Below, one piece after another: positions 48,493 to 61,496 of a stretch of 64,000 nucleotides of DNA; within the stretch, counting starts at the first letter, position 1, and each line of letters opens with the position of its first letter. The notes beneath the pieces are model-generated. The model did no database searches, was not told the DNA's origin, and was given only the letters and a program-made list of their open reading frames with translations. Both the position numbers and the translations under genes were made by a program. Source of the stretch: Squalus acanthias (taxonomy: Eukaryota). The stretch covers positions 17,486,001-17,550,000 of the forward strand of contig CM059433.1 of NCBI GenBank assembly GCA_030390025.1, read 5' to 3'.

Positions 48493-49156
48493 TGTGACTA
48501 CACAAACCACTCCGGGTACAGCTATATTGTGTATCAGTAAAACAGGTTTATTAAGTATTAAACATCCAGTACAAAGAAATAATACTTAACAAGAAGATAG
48601 TCGCAGTCTGTTCATCAAACCCAGTGTTCCTTCCGAGTGACTGTGGCGCGGTCTCTTTAATTCTCTTGCTGTGTTCTGTTGACTGAAGTTTCTTCTTCCT
48701 ATGGCTTCGCGCTGCTTTCGGTGTTCAATATCTGTATTTTTATACCCTTTTCTCCCTTTTGCCTACGAGGCAGTTAGTAAGCAAGCTATCCTTATCTGAG
48801 AACAACCTTCACACTAAGTTCTCACAGATGTCCTTTTGCTTTTTAATCAGCTCATTGTTTAGCCAGTTCTGCATTTTTGAGAAGACAGGGAGTGGTGACT
48901 GTCTCCAGCCCCCTATCTTCTTTTGAAATGCTGCTGAATTTCTTGTTCCCCACTATCTCCTTGTTTACTTAACAGACCATTTTACAGAATTACATCAAGT
49001 TGGCATAATTTACCATCATGCTTTGCTTCTCAACCGTTTGCCATTTTATACAGGCTTTAGGCTTTTAGCACACATTGTCATCCATTATAGTTATTTAATA
49101 ATGGTTTAAAATCTTAATAATGTTTACTAAATCCTACAGGTACATTCTATCTTACA
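48493..49156 (-). mobile_element. Possible LTR
   Basis: The minus strand has TATAAAA near 48740 and AATAAA near 48550. No TSD found. Confidence 0.3.
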
Positions 49157-49610
49157 GTATAGCAAAATTATGCACAAAGTCCAAGGTTGCTGTAGAGCTT
49201 ATCACGGTTAGATTTACAGTTCTTACTCAACTTTGCTGACGTTAACTGCTTTACTGGGCAGGATATTCCTGCATTGTGGGTGCAGAGACACCTGGTCCTT
49301 TGGTAGACTGGATTTGTGGTGCCACTTCTTTGACTTCCTCTAAAGGAAGAGGACGATGACCATAGACAGGGACTCACTACGAGACAATCCTGATAGGAAG
49401 TTCTGCTTTCCCTCGGGAATGCCTGCGATGAATCGCTGTCTGTGGCCGTTGTTGTCTTATTTCAATTTTTGTTGTCTTCCTGTCCTGGTTTAGCTAATTT
49501 GCATATGCACCTTTTTTTCTACAATTATACTATGCATAAGCTCTCTCACTATGCTAGGAGCCACGAGCAGTTAAGTACTGTTGCAATACATTTTACAAGT
49601 TTATTTCTGT

Positions 49611-50795
49611 CATAAGAACATAAGAATTACGAACAGGAGTAGGCCATATGGGCCCTCGAGCCTGCTCCGCCATTCAATAAGATCATAGCTGATCTTCGAC
49701 CTCAACTCTACTTTCCCGTCCGACCTCCATATCCCTTGATTCCCCTAAAGACCAAAAATCTATCTCAGCCTTGAATATACTCAACGATTCAGCATCCACA
49801 GCCCTTTGGGGTAGAGAATTCCAAATATTCACAACCCTCCGAGTGAAGAAATTCCTCCTCATCTCAGTCTTAAATGGCCGACCCCTGATCCTGGGACTAT
49901 GTCCCCTAGTTCTCGACTCTTCAGCCAAAGGAAAAAACCTCTCAGCATCTATCCTGTCAATTCCCCGCAGAATCTTATATGTTTCAATGAGATCACCTCT
50001 CATTCTTCTGCATTCCAGAGAGTATAGGCCCAATCTACTCAATCTCCTCTCGTAGGACAACCTTCTCATCCCAGGAATCAATCTAGTGAACCTTCGTTGC
50101 ACCACCTCTAAGGCAAGTATATATTTCCTCAGATAAGGAGACCAAAACTATGCACAGTACTCCAGGTGTGGTCTCACCAAAGCCCTGTACAATTGTAGCA
50201 AGGCTTCTTTACACTTGTACACCAACCCCCTTGCAATAAAGGCTAACATGCAATTTGCCTTCCTGATTGCTTGCTGTACCTGTATGCTAACTCTCTGTGT
50301 TTCCTGTACGAGGACACCTAAATCTCTCTGAACACCAACATTTAATAGTTTCTCACCATTTAAAAAATATTCTGTTTTTCTATTCTTTCTACCAAAGTGA
50401 ATAACCTCACATTTCCCCACATTATACAGCTTCTGCCATCTTATTGCCCACTCACTTAACCTGTCTATATCCCTTTGCATGCTCATTGTGTCCTCCTCCC
50501 ACCTAGCTTTGAATCGTCAGCAAACTTTTATACATTACACTCGGTCCCTTCATCTAAGTCATTAATATAGATTGTAAATAGCTGAGGCCCAAGCACTGAT
50601 CCTTGCGGCACCCCACTAGTTACAGCCTGCCAACCAGAAAATGACCTGTTTATCCCTACTCTCTGCTTTCTGTCAGTCAACCAATCATTTATCCATGCCA
50701 ATATATTACCCCCAACCCCATGAGCCCTTATCTTGCGTAGCAACCTTTTATGTGGCACCTTATCGAATGCCTTTTTGAAATCCAAATATACTACA
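49611..50795 (-). mobile_element. CR1 LINE 3' part, decayed
   Basis: Broken RT ORFs 50528..50785, 50148..50486 and 49683..50105, plus a tail. Confidence 0.9.
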
Positions 50796-53700
50796 TAGAA
50801 ACATAGGAGTAGGCCTTTCCGCCCCTCGAGCCTGCTCCGCTATTCGATGAGATCATGGCTGATCATCCAAACTCAGTACCCTGTACCTGCCTTCTCCCCA
50901 TATTCCTTGATACCTTTAGCTTTAAGAAATATATCTAACTCATTCTTGAATATATTTAATGACTTGGCCTCAAATACCTTCTGTGGTAGAGAATTCCACA
51001 GGTTCACCACTCTCTGGGTGAAGAAATTCTTCCTCATTTCTGTCCTAAATGGCTTACCCCTTATCCTTAGATTATGACCCATGGTTCTGGACTCTCCGAC
51101 CATCGGGAACATCCTTCCTGCATCTAGTTTGTCTAGTCCTGTCAGAATTTTATAAGTTTCAATGAGATCCCCTCTCATTCTTCTAAACTCCAGTGAGTAT
51201 AAGCCCAATCGACCCAATCTCTCCTCATATGTCATTCCAGCCATCCCATGTATCAGCCTTGTGAATCTTTGCTGAACTCCTTCCATGGCAAGAACATCCT
51301 TCCTCAGATAAGGCGACCAAAACTGCACACAATACTCAAGGTGTGGTCTCACCAAGGCCCTGTACAACTGCAGCAGGACATCCCTGTTCCTATACTCAAA
51401 CCCTTTCGCTATGAAGGCCAACATACCATTTGCCTTCTTCACCGCCTGCTGCACCTGCATGCTTACCTTCAGCGACTGGTGCACAAGGACACCCAGGTCT
51501 CGTTGCACTTCCCCTTCTCCCAATCTATTGCCATTCAGATAATAGTCTGCCTTTCTGTTTTTGACACCAAAGTGGATAACCTCGCATTTATCCACGTTAT
51601 ATTGCATCTGCCACGCTTCTGCCCAATCACCCAACCTGTCCAAATCATCCTGGAGTTTCTCAGTATCCTCCTCGCAGCACACACGCCCACCCAGCTTTGT
51701 GTCATCTGCAAACTTGGAGATATTACATTTAGTTCCCTTATCTAGATCATTAATGTATATTGTGAATAGCTGGGCTCCAAGGACCGATCCCTGCGGTACC
51801 CCACTAGTCACTGCCTGCCACTCAGAAAAAGACCCATTAATTCCTACTCTCTGCTTTCTGTCCGCCAACCAGTTTTCTATCCAAGTCAATACCTTGCCCC
51901 CAATCCCATGTGCCTTAACTTTACACGCTAATCTCTTATGCGGGACCTTATCGAAAGCCTTTTGAAAGTCCAAATACACCACATCTACTGGTTCTCCCTT
52001 ATCTATTTTCCCAGTTACATCCTCAAAAAATTCCAGTAGATTAGTCAAGCACGATTTACCTTTTGTAAATCCATGTTGACTTTGTCCGATCCTGTCACTG
52101 TTTTTCAAGTGCTCAGCTATTACATCCTTTATAATGGACTCTAGCATTTTCCCCACTACCGATGTCAGGCTTACCGGTCTGTAATTCCCCGCTTTCTCTC
52201 TACCACCCTTTTTGAATAGTGGGGTAACATTAGCTACCCTCCAATCCATGGGTACAGTTCCAGATTCCATCGAATGTTGGAAGATGATCAGCAATGCATC
52301 GACTATTTCTAGGGCCACTTCCTTAAGTACCCTAGGATGTAGATTATCAGGCCCTGGGGATTTATCGGCCTTCAATCCCGTCAATTTCCCTAACACCATT
52401 TCCCTGCAAATACTGATTTCTTTCAGTTCCTCCCTTTCATCATCCCCAACATCTCTGGGAGGTTATTTGTGTTCTCCTTTGTGAAGACAGAACCAAAATA
52501 TGCATTTAATTGGTCTGCCATTTCTTTGTTCCCCATTATAACTTCCCCCGCTTCTGACTGCAAGGGACCTACACTTGATTTCACTAATCTTTTTCTCTTC
52601 ACATATCTATAAAAGCTCTTACAGTCAGTTTTTATGTTCCCTGCAAGCTTACTTTCATATTCTATTTTCCCCTTCTTAATTAATCCCTTTGTCCTCCTTT
52701 GTTGAATCCTAAACTGCTCCCAATCCTCAGGGTTACCGCTTTTTCTGGCCAATTTATATGCCCTCTCCTTGGATCTTATGCTATCCCTAATTTCCCTTGT
52801 TAGCCACGGTTGAGTCACCCTTTTTGTTTTATTCTTTTGCCACACTGGGATGAACAAATTCTGTAGTTCATCCATGCAGTCTTTGAATGTTTGCCATTGC
52901 CTATCCACCGTCAACTCCTTGAGTGACATTCCCCAATCAATCCTACCCAATTCGCGCCTCATACCATCGTAGTTTCCTTTATTTAAATTCAGGACCCTAG
53001 TCTCTGATTCAACTACTTCACTCTCCATCCTAATGAAGAATTCTATCATATTATGATCACTCTTACCCAAGGGGCCTCGTACAACAAGATTGCTAAGTAA
53101 TCCTTTCTCGTTACATAATACCCAGTCTAAGATGGCCTGATCTCTGGTTGGTTCCTCAACATATTGTTCCAGAAAACCATCCCGTAAACATTCTAGGAAT
53201 TCCTCCTCCACAGTATTTTTACTAATTTGGTTAGCCCAATCTATATGTAAATTAAAGTCACCCATGATGACTGCTGTGCCCTTACTGCATGCTTCTCTAA
53301 TTTCCCTTTTAATGCCGTCCCCAACCTCCATATTACTGTTTGGAGGTCTATATACCACTGCCACTAACGATTTCTGCCCCTTGTTATTTCTCAGTTTTAC
53401 CCATACAGATTCCGCATCATCAGAGCTAATATCCTTCCTTTCAATTGTGTTAATCCCCTCTTTAACCAGCAATGCTACCCCACCTCCCTTTCTTTTTTGC
53501 CTATCTTTCCTAAATATTGAATACCCCTGGATGTTGAGTTCTCAGCCTTGGCCACCCTGGAGCCATGTTTCTGTAATCCCAATCAAATCGTATTCATTTA
53601 CCTCTATTTGCGCAGCTAATTCATCCACCTTGTTCCGAATGCTCCTTGCATTAAGACACAAAGCCTTCAGGTTTGTTTTTTTAACGCGCTCAGACCTATA

Positions 53701-54012
53701 TGAATTATTATTTACTGTGACCATGTTTGATTTAAACCGTTGAGTTCTTTGCCTTCTACTTTTGTTTTTCTCCTTCCTGTCTTTTGCTTTTTACCTTGTT
53801 TCCCTTTCCTCTGTCTCCCTGCCCAACCCCCTGCCACTTTAGTTTAAACCCTCCCCAACAGCACTAGCAAACACTCCCCCTAGGACATCGGTCCCGGCCC
53901 TGCCCAGGTGCAGACCGTCCCATTTGTACTGGTCCCACCTCCCCCAGAACCGGTTCCAATGTCCAAGGAATTTGAATCCCTCCCACTTGCACCATTCCTC
54001 TAGTCACGTATT
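50796..54012 (-). mobile_element. CR1 LINE: ORF1 C-terminus plus complete but disrupted ORF2
   Basis: ORF1 ends DGLHL...VGEGLN*. EN+RT has a stop at 53542 and a frameshift near 52420. Confidence 0.93.
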
Positions 54013-56968
54013 ACATAAGAACATAAGAACATAAGAAATAGGAGCAGGAGTAGGCCAATCGGCCCCTCGAGCCTGCTCTGCCATTCAATAAGATCATGGC
54101 TGATCTGATCCTAACCGCCAATCTACTATCTATCACAGAACCATCTCCTGCATCTAACAGAATTGCACACACGAAATAGGAGCAGAATCAGGCTACACGG
54201 TCCGTGGGCCCGCTCCACTACCCACAGGGCCATGACCGGATCCGAACCTAGACTCATGTCCAAATTCCTGCCCGCTCCCCGTAACCCTTAATGCCCTTTA
54301 CTTCTAGGAAACTGTCTATTTCTGTTTTAAATTTATTTAATGATGTAGCTTCTACAGCTTTTTGTGGCAGCATATTCCATGGACCTACCACCCTCTGAGT
54401 GAAGTAGTTCCTCCTCATCTCAGTTTTGAAAGAGCAGCCCCTTATTCTAAGACTATGTCCCCTAGTTCTAGTCTCACCCATCATCGGGAACATCCTCCCC
54501 GCATCCACCCGATCCAACCCCTTCACAATCTTATATGTTTCAATAAGATCGCCTCTCATTCTTCTGAACTCCAATGAGTAGAGTCCCAATCTACCCAACC
54601 TCTCCTCATATGACCACCCCCTCATCCCCGGGATTAACCGAGTGAACCTTTTTTGCACTGCCTCGAGAGCAAGGATGTCTTTCCTTAAGTAAGGACACCA
54701 AAACTGTATGCAGTATTCCAGGTGCGGTCTCACCAATACCTTGTACAACTGAAGCAATACCTCCCTATTTTTATATTCTATCCCCCTAGCAATGAAAGCC
54801 AACATTCCATTTGCCTTCTTAATCACTTGCTGCACCTGCATACTAACCTTCTGAGTTTCGTGCACCAGGACCCCCAGATCCCTTTGCACTTCAGTACTCT
54901 CCAGTTTCTTGCCATTAAGATAATAAATTGCTCTAGGATTTTTCCTGCCAAAGTGCATCACCTCACACTTTCCAGTGTTGTATTCCATCTGCCAAATCTC
55001 TGCCCACTTACTTAGCCTGTCTATGTCCCCTTGCAGGTTTTTTATGTCCTCCTCACTCACTACTTTCCCTCCCATCTTTGTATCATCTGCAAATTTTGAT
55101 ATGTTACACTTGGTCCCTTCCTCCAAATCGTTAATATAGATTGTAAAGAGTTGGGGACCCAGCACTGACCCCTGCGGAACACCACTAGTTACTGATTGCC
55201 AGTCTGAGAATGAACCATTTATCCCAACTCTTTGCTTTCTGTTAGATAGCCAATCCTCTATCCATGCCAGAATATTACCCCCAATCCCGTGATTTTTTAC
55301 CTTAAGCAATAATCTTTTGTGTGGCACCTTGTCAAATGCCTTTTGGAAGTCTAAATACACTACGTCCACTGGTTCCCCTTTATCCACTCTATATGATACT
55401 TCCTCAAAGAACTCCAGCAAATTTGTCAAACATGACTTCCCCTTCGTAAAACCATGCTGACTTTGTCCTATTAAATTATGATTATCCAAATGTCCTGTTA
55501 CTGTTTCCTTAATAATGGACTCCAAAATTTTACCTACCACAGATGTTAGGCTAACCGGTCTATAGCTACCAGCCTTCTGTCGACTGCCCTTTTTAAATAA
55601 GGGTGTTACATTAGCAGTTTTCCAGTCTGCCGGGACCTTAGCGGAATCCAGGGAGTTTTGAAAAATTATTACCAATGCATCTACAATCCCTACCGCCACT
55701 TCCTTCAAGACTCTAGGATGTAAGCCATCAGGTCCAGGTGATTTATCCGCCTTGAGTCCCATTATTTTACCGAGTACCACTTCCTTAGTGATTTTGATCA
55801 TGTTTAGCTCCTCTCCCCCTATAGCCCCCTGTTTGTCCAGTGTTGGGATATTCTTAGTGTCCTCTACTGTAAAGACTGATACAAAATATTCATTCAGTGT
55901 TTTTGCCATCTCCATATTTCCCACCATTAATTTCCCGGTCTCATCCTCTAAGGGACCAACATTTACTTTAGCCACCCTTTTTCTTTTTATATAACTATAA
56001 AAACTCTTACTATCTGTTTTTATATTTTTTGCTAATTTACTTTCATAATCTATCTTCCCTTTCTCAATCAATCTTTTTGTTATTTTTTGCTGCCTTTTAA
56101 ATTTTTCCCAATCCTCTGTCCTCCCACTAGATTTCGCTACCTTATATGCCCTTGTTTTTAGTCGAATACTATCCTTAATTTCTTTACTTAGCCACGGATG
56201 ACTGTCCTTTCTTTTACACCCTTTTCTTTTCAGTGGAATATATTTTTTTCGGAAGTTGTAAAATAACTCCTTAAATGAACACCACTGCTCATGTACTGTC
56301 TTACCCTTTAATCTATTTTCCCAGTCCACTTTAATCAATTCCGCTCTCACACCATCATAGTCTCCTTTATTCAAGCTCAGTACGCTTGTCTGAGAACCAA
56401 CCTTCTCACCCTCTAATTGGATATGGAATTCAACCATGTTATGGTCACTCATTCCAAGGGGATCCTTAACTAGGACATTATTAATTAATTCTGACTCATT
56501 ACACAGGACCAGGTCCAAGGTTGCTTGCCCCCTTGTAGGATCAGTTACATACTGCTCAAGAAATCCATCCCTAATACACTCAATAAACTCTTCCTCAAGG
56601 CTGCCCTGCCCAATTTGATTTGTCCAGTTAATATGATAGTTAAAATCCCCCATAATTATAGCTGTTCCCTTATTACATGCCCCAACTATTTCCTGATTAA
56701 TACTTCTTCCAGCAGAGTTGCAACTATTAGGAGGCCTATATACTACTCCCACTAGTGTTTTTTTCCCTTTATTATTCCTTATCTCTACCCAAACTGTTTC
56801 ATTATCCTGATCCTTTGACCCAATATCATTTCTCTGTAATACAGTGATTCCTTCCTTTATTAACATAGCTACCCCACCTCCTCTTCCTATGGTCACTCAT
56901 TCCAAGGGGATCCTTAACTAGGACATTATTAATTAATCCTGTCTCGTTACACAGGACCAGATCTAAGG
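54013..56968 (-). mobile_element. Young 5'-truncated CR1 LINE
   Basis: 880-codon uninterrupted ORF2 portion, a doubled 3' tail, and an extra ~80-bp segment at the 5' junction. Confidence 0.95.
54254..56890 (-). CDS. CR1 ORF2 (partial endonuclease + RT), open frame
   Basis: GGGVA, YRPP, GDFN, SDH and FADD motifs with no stops. The listed start Met comes from the junction segment. Confidence 0.88.
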   Translation of the reverse strand: MGRGGGVAMLIKEGITVLQRNDIGSKDQDNETVWVEIRNNKGKKTLVGVVYRPPNSCNSAGRSINQEIVGACNKGTAIIMGDFNYHINWTNQIGQGSLEEEFIECIRDGFLEQYVTDPTRGQATLDLVLCNESELINNVLVKDPLGMSDHNMVEFHIQLEGEKVGSQTSVLSLNKGDYDGVRAELIKVDWENRLKGKTVHEQWCSFKELFYNFRKKYIPLKRKGCKRKDSHPWLSKEIKDSIRLKTRAYKVAKSSGRTEDWEKFKRQQKITKRLIEKGKIDYESKLAKNIKTDSKSFYSYIKRKRVAKVNVGPLEDETGKLMVGNMEMAKTLNEYFVSVFTVEDTKNIPTLDKQGAIGGEELNMIKITKEVVLGKIMGLKADKSPGPDGLHPRVLKEVAVGIVDALVIIFQNSLDSAKVPADWKTANVTPLFKKGSRQKAGSYRPVSLTSVVGKILESIIKETVTGHLDNHNLIGQSQHGFTKGKSCLTNLLEFFEEVSYRVDKGEPVDVVYLDFQKAFDKVPHKRLLLKVKNHGIGGNILAWIEDWLSNRKQRVGINGSFSDWQSVTSGVPQGSVLGPQLFTIYINDLEEGTKCNISKFADDTKMGGKVVSEEDIKNLQGDIDRLSKWAEIWQMEYNTGKCEVMHFGRKNPRAIYYLNGKKLESTEVQRDLGVLVHETQKVSMQVQQVIKKANGMLAFIARGIEYKNREVLLQLYKVLVRPHLEYCIQFWCPYLRKDILALEAVQKRFTRLIPGMRGWSYEERLGRLGLYSLEFRRMRGDLIETYKIVKGLDRVDAGRMFPMMGETRTRGHSLRIRGCSFKTEMRRNYFTQRVVGPWNMLPQKAVEATSLNKFKTEIDSFLEVKGIKGYGERAGIWT

Positions 56969-57364
56969 ACATCATAGGACCCCAATTTAAATTTAGTCAG
57001 GCAAGTTCCTCAGCCACCCAAGAAAACAGTCCACGGAGCAGATAAATAGCAGTAAGTGCACGACATGGACTTTAACTCACGTTCTATCCAATTTCCGATG
57101 TCCAGAAGGAGTTAGTTCCACCTTGTCGTCAGTCACAGGGGTGCAAATCCTATTCTGTCTGCGAAATCTTGGTCAAAAGTATGATAATTGACTGCTGTGC
57201 TCATTTAGGTATCAAGAAACTAAACCAAATGCTGTTAAAAATCATTTCTGCCGTGTCTTTTGAGGCTACGCTGTAAAATGCAGACGCAGAGTGTGGACCA
57301 CTGGCTTGCCTTATTAAGATGTAGGGGGTAATTATGACTATCTTTAGGGAATAAAATTAAAACT

Positions 57365-57903
57365 GTAGCCCTGAATTTAACCTAGCCCGGCCAGCAGGAA
57401 CAGTGCTGGTGGGGGAGGGTTTAAAATGGCGGCTGGGATTTCGGCAGCGTGGAGGCCACCCGCTACAGGCAGGCGGGACCTAATCAAAATGTGGAAGGCG
57501 CAGCCCGATGATGTAATCACCGCTGTGACACGATTTTAACTTAAATTGGTGGGAGGCCCGCGCACAGCACCAAACCCGCCACTCAAACCTGGCATGAGGC
57601 AGCAGAGTGGGCAGAAGAGGCAAAGGTAAATTTAAAATAAAAATTCAGGAGGAGCAGGAGTGTTCCTCTGGGCCCTTGCAACAAATTGTTGTGCCTCGGC
57701 AGCCCTGGCCTTCTCTCTCCATCCCACCACTGGCAGCTCTTTGGAAACCTCCCTCTCCCCAGTACCTTATGCCAGGGACCATTCCCTTGAGTCCCTGGTG
57801 GCATTGGCTTCCCACCTGATTGCCCGATCCTGCCTGTCGGTTCTTACGTAATTTACGCCGACTTCAGGCACAAGACAGTGCAGACGACCTTAAATTAGGC
57901 CCG
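57365..57903. mobile_element. Probable Harbinger-type MITE remnant
   Basis: Ends agccctgaattta / taaattaggccc with a GC-rich body. Confidence 0.4.
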
Positions 57904-59497
57904 GGAGTTAAAATGGCCTGGGCTTTATGCTGAGGAGTCCGTGGGGGGCCCAGTGTGTTACCCGGCCCAATTAGATGGAGCGGGTCTGGTAACATCATTC
58001 ATGACGCGTTTTAAGCTGGGATCCTTAAGGGACCCTGGCCACATTAAATTTTAAGTTCAATCTAACATAGTGGGTGTTGAATCTTTACTGTACTTTTTTT
58101 GTCTTATAATACTCCTGTGAAGCGCCTTAGGACGTTTTACTACGTTAAAGGCGCTATATAAATACAAGTTGTTGTTGTACAATCATATAATAAAAGTTGT
58201 ATATGAGTGACAAAGAAATATTTAAATAAAATTATCATTAAGTAATATGACTCCATCTACAAATACGATCAAGAACACAATTAAAAAAGTACATTCATTG
58301 GGATGTTATTGGTGCTTTAGTCACAAATCTATAGACTTTTGTATCAGTAACTGGTACAAATAAAAGATGTGTGTGTATAGGTAATATATAAAATTAAGCA
58401 GATTTTAAATGTAATTGTAAAAGGGTGTATTTACAATCTTATGCAAGTTCAGCGGAAGAGTTGCGGAATCCCTGACAAACAGTGTAAGCGGTGCTTACAA
58501 TGTGCTTCTGGGATTTCTGCAGCTCTTTTGTTGAAGTTGATAATGGACAAGTGAGAGAACCTCTACAGAAATTCACCCTAGAGTCTCAGACTGAAAAATT
58601 AAATTAGTTATATTCGGGCACTGAAAGCAAATTGAACCAGTGGAATGAGTGATGAGAATGAAATTGTTACGGTTGATGTATTGATTTAATGCGTAACTGG
58701 ACAATCACAGTATACTGTGAGAAAAACCTGACCAGAAACAACACAAACATTTATTTAAATGGCATATATCATTTTTTATAATGCAGATCAATTCACTGCA
58801 ATTACTGTTCAGTTGGAGGGCAGCAGCCGAGAATGGCCAGTGAAAAATTAACATTTACCAATAGCTTTTCAAGTAGAACAGAATCTCCATCAATCTGTTA
58901 GCTGAAGTAATCAACATGTTTTTATTTTGAGTTGTTTTCCATGCTGTCAAGAAATCAGCTGGAGCAATGACCACGGAACTCACACCTTAGGTTGACAGAC
59001 ATGGTTCCCGAGCTGTGTGAATCCCGTGGCCATGCAGGGAAATTTAAAAGGTAGGGGGAAAAGGTTCTTAAGTGCCTGTAAAGTGCCTCATAATGGTTTC
59101 AATTGGGTCCCCCGCCGCTGCAGGTCGGGTCGACTCCACGCTGACAGATGCGCCTGTGGGAAAGGCGCGTGGGACCGAGTTGACAGCGGGTTCCCGACTC
59201 GCTGTCAAAAAAAACAACTTTTCCACCCGACCCGCCACCGATTGCGCCCGCTACCACCACAGAAAATTCAGCCCATTCATTTCATTGGAGGAAAAAGGGA
59301 GGACCTACAATCTTGTGGCGTTAATGCTTTCTAAAGTGTGCAGTTGCAATGGAATTTAACACTTCTACATGTGTTTTGCGATTTGGATAAATAATAATAA
59401 GTGAATTTGGCTTACTCATCACTGTTTGAATGCATTGTATTCCTAGTCTGAAGAATTGAAATAGTAATGGCTGTTTCTTTTCATCTTTTTGTTGTAG

Positions 59498-59530
59498 AAT
59501 CACAGTGTACCTTGTGTGGTGAGCCAGAAG
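59498..59530 (+). CDS. DLGAP2: 33-nt internal coding microexon, likely disks large-associated protein 2 (SAPAP2) N-terminal extension
   Basis: Strong acceptor (tttcttttcatctttttgttgtag) and donor (aag|gtgagt). The phase 1/1 frame gives (E)SQCTLCGEPE(E), matching the recalled human sequence ...DRNTESQCTLCGEPEEEE.... A paralogue is not formally excluded. Confidence 0.85.
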
Positions 59531-60439
59531 GTGAGTCATCCTATTTCTATTACCTTTGGTGTTGATTACCATGTTTTGTCAGAAACCGGAAAGTGTTATC
59601 ATTTGGTATCTTATGACGAGATTACTGGCTAATTAAAAAAAATACCTTCGTGCTTCTGAGGGCAGCCATACTTTTACATAACATCATAAGCTTCCTCTCA
59701 TTAACATCAGTTCAGGTTTACCAGCATAGAAAATGTCCAAATATGTGGTAAAGATCTGCCTTGGACTAGAATATGCCTAACGATATGTGTATTCATTCAG
59801 GAACTGAAGAAGGTTTGTTGAAGCCCTATCACAACCTAATTCCAAAAATGGAATTCAATTCATGGGGACAGAGGTGAAAGGGTACACCATGCATTAATTT
59901 ACTCTTGAAATACAATCAAACCGTTTGAAACCATATTAATCATTACATCTTAATAATGCTCTGATAGCACTGTCGACATCAATTCATATTGTTACACCTT
60001 GAGTGATTCAAAGGACCAACAGAAACATTGTTTAGCTTACAAGGTTTGTGTATTTGTTTTAGGTGGGCTTTACAATCTATCCAAATGAAAGAATGCGCAA
60101 GTGATGACAATATTGCAATAAAAAAAAAATATGAGTTTCCATTGTTTTGATCTGAGCCACAGCAATATGATAGCTCAGTACTCATTCACGTATTGTAAAG
60201 GATCTTTTTGTACAGCTATAGAACAGGCTGGCTTAGAATGACCTTAAATCTGACCATGGGGTGAGCGGTAGAATCGTCATATACCACAGCTAGAGGTCAT
60301 GCATTCTGCTCAGACCACAGCTTTTTATTTCCTCTGCGTTTTGTGGATTGGGAGACTCATTTGTGTGATATAATTATCATTTCACAAATTATAGCCATAA
60401 TATGAATCATACTGACAGCAGGCAGTGGAGTATAGCATT

Positions 60440-60870
60440 GACAAAACCTAAGTCATCCTGCTTGGCTCCTGCCAGACGCTCCATCGCTTTTCCTGGCTGT
60501 TCATTTAGATTGATCCAGACACTGCACACAGCTTTGGTGTCTTTTCGATCCTGAGCTGAGTTTCCAACTCCATGTCCAGTAAATCGCCAAGATTGCCCAC
60601 TTCCACCTTCATAACACTGCCTTCATCTCCCTCCTCCTCTCTCATTGCTGAAACCCGCCAACCATGTCTTCATCACCTCCAGGCTTGATTTCTCTAATGT
60701 TGGCCTCCCCAGCTGCAGCCAGTATAGATCCAACTCATCCAGAACTCCATCAACCCCGCCCTGTTCCTTTCTGAGTCCCACTCACCTATCACGTCTGATC
60801 TCACCACGTTCCACGGGTTCTCCTGCTTCTCTTGTGTATTAATTTCAAACTCCAGATCCTCATTTACCAT
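60440..60870 (+). mobile_element. L2 LINE fragment, old
   Basis: HVFITSRLDFSN-like remnant, homologous to 63180-63560. Confidence 0.6.
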
Positions 60871-61496
60871 TCAATTCCTCTGATACATTTTTGGAGGTTT
60901 TTAACCAGAAATCTTTCTCGGGTTCAGCATCTCAGACCATTCCAGGAGGTGTGTTCTGACTACCTTTGATATGGAATGTGCTTTTGCCTGCCCCAATATC
61001 TAGGTAATTTGGAGCAATTCCGGGGATCAAAGACAAAACCTTTATTCCTGGCTGCTGGTTATAGCATGTGCCCTCATGTGATCTTCCTTGACTTTGGAGC
61101 GCATTAAATGCATCATTGTGCAGGCAATAAACAGCCAAACAGATTTTTTAATCAGAAAATAGTAGAGGTCCAGAAGCATTAACACATTGTATTTTTACAG
61201 TAGTTACAGGCTTAACTATTCCTCCTTGTGAGATATAAAATAACAAACCGTTGTGTCTGCTATGCTAAACTGGATTGGACATGAGGTCCTTGAATATTAC
61301 CCTTTACATAGCATTTGTATAGAATTCACACCTCTCTGTCTGCTCTATCTCCTTCTGATGGCTTCCGACAGACAACCAATTTGAACAAAACAACCTGAAA
61401 AATACTTTGCAACTAAATGACAGGAGCAAAAGTAATTTTAGTATGTGTCTCTTAACTGGAAAAGAACTACCAATTAAATGTATAAAAGTAAAGTCC

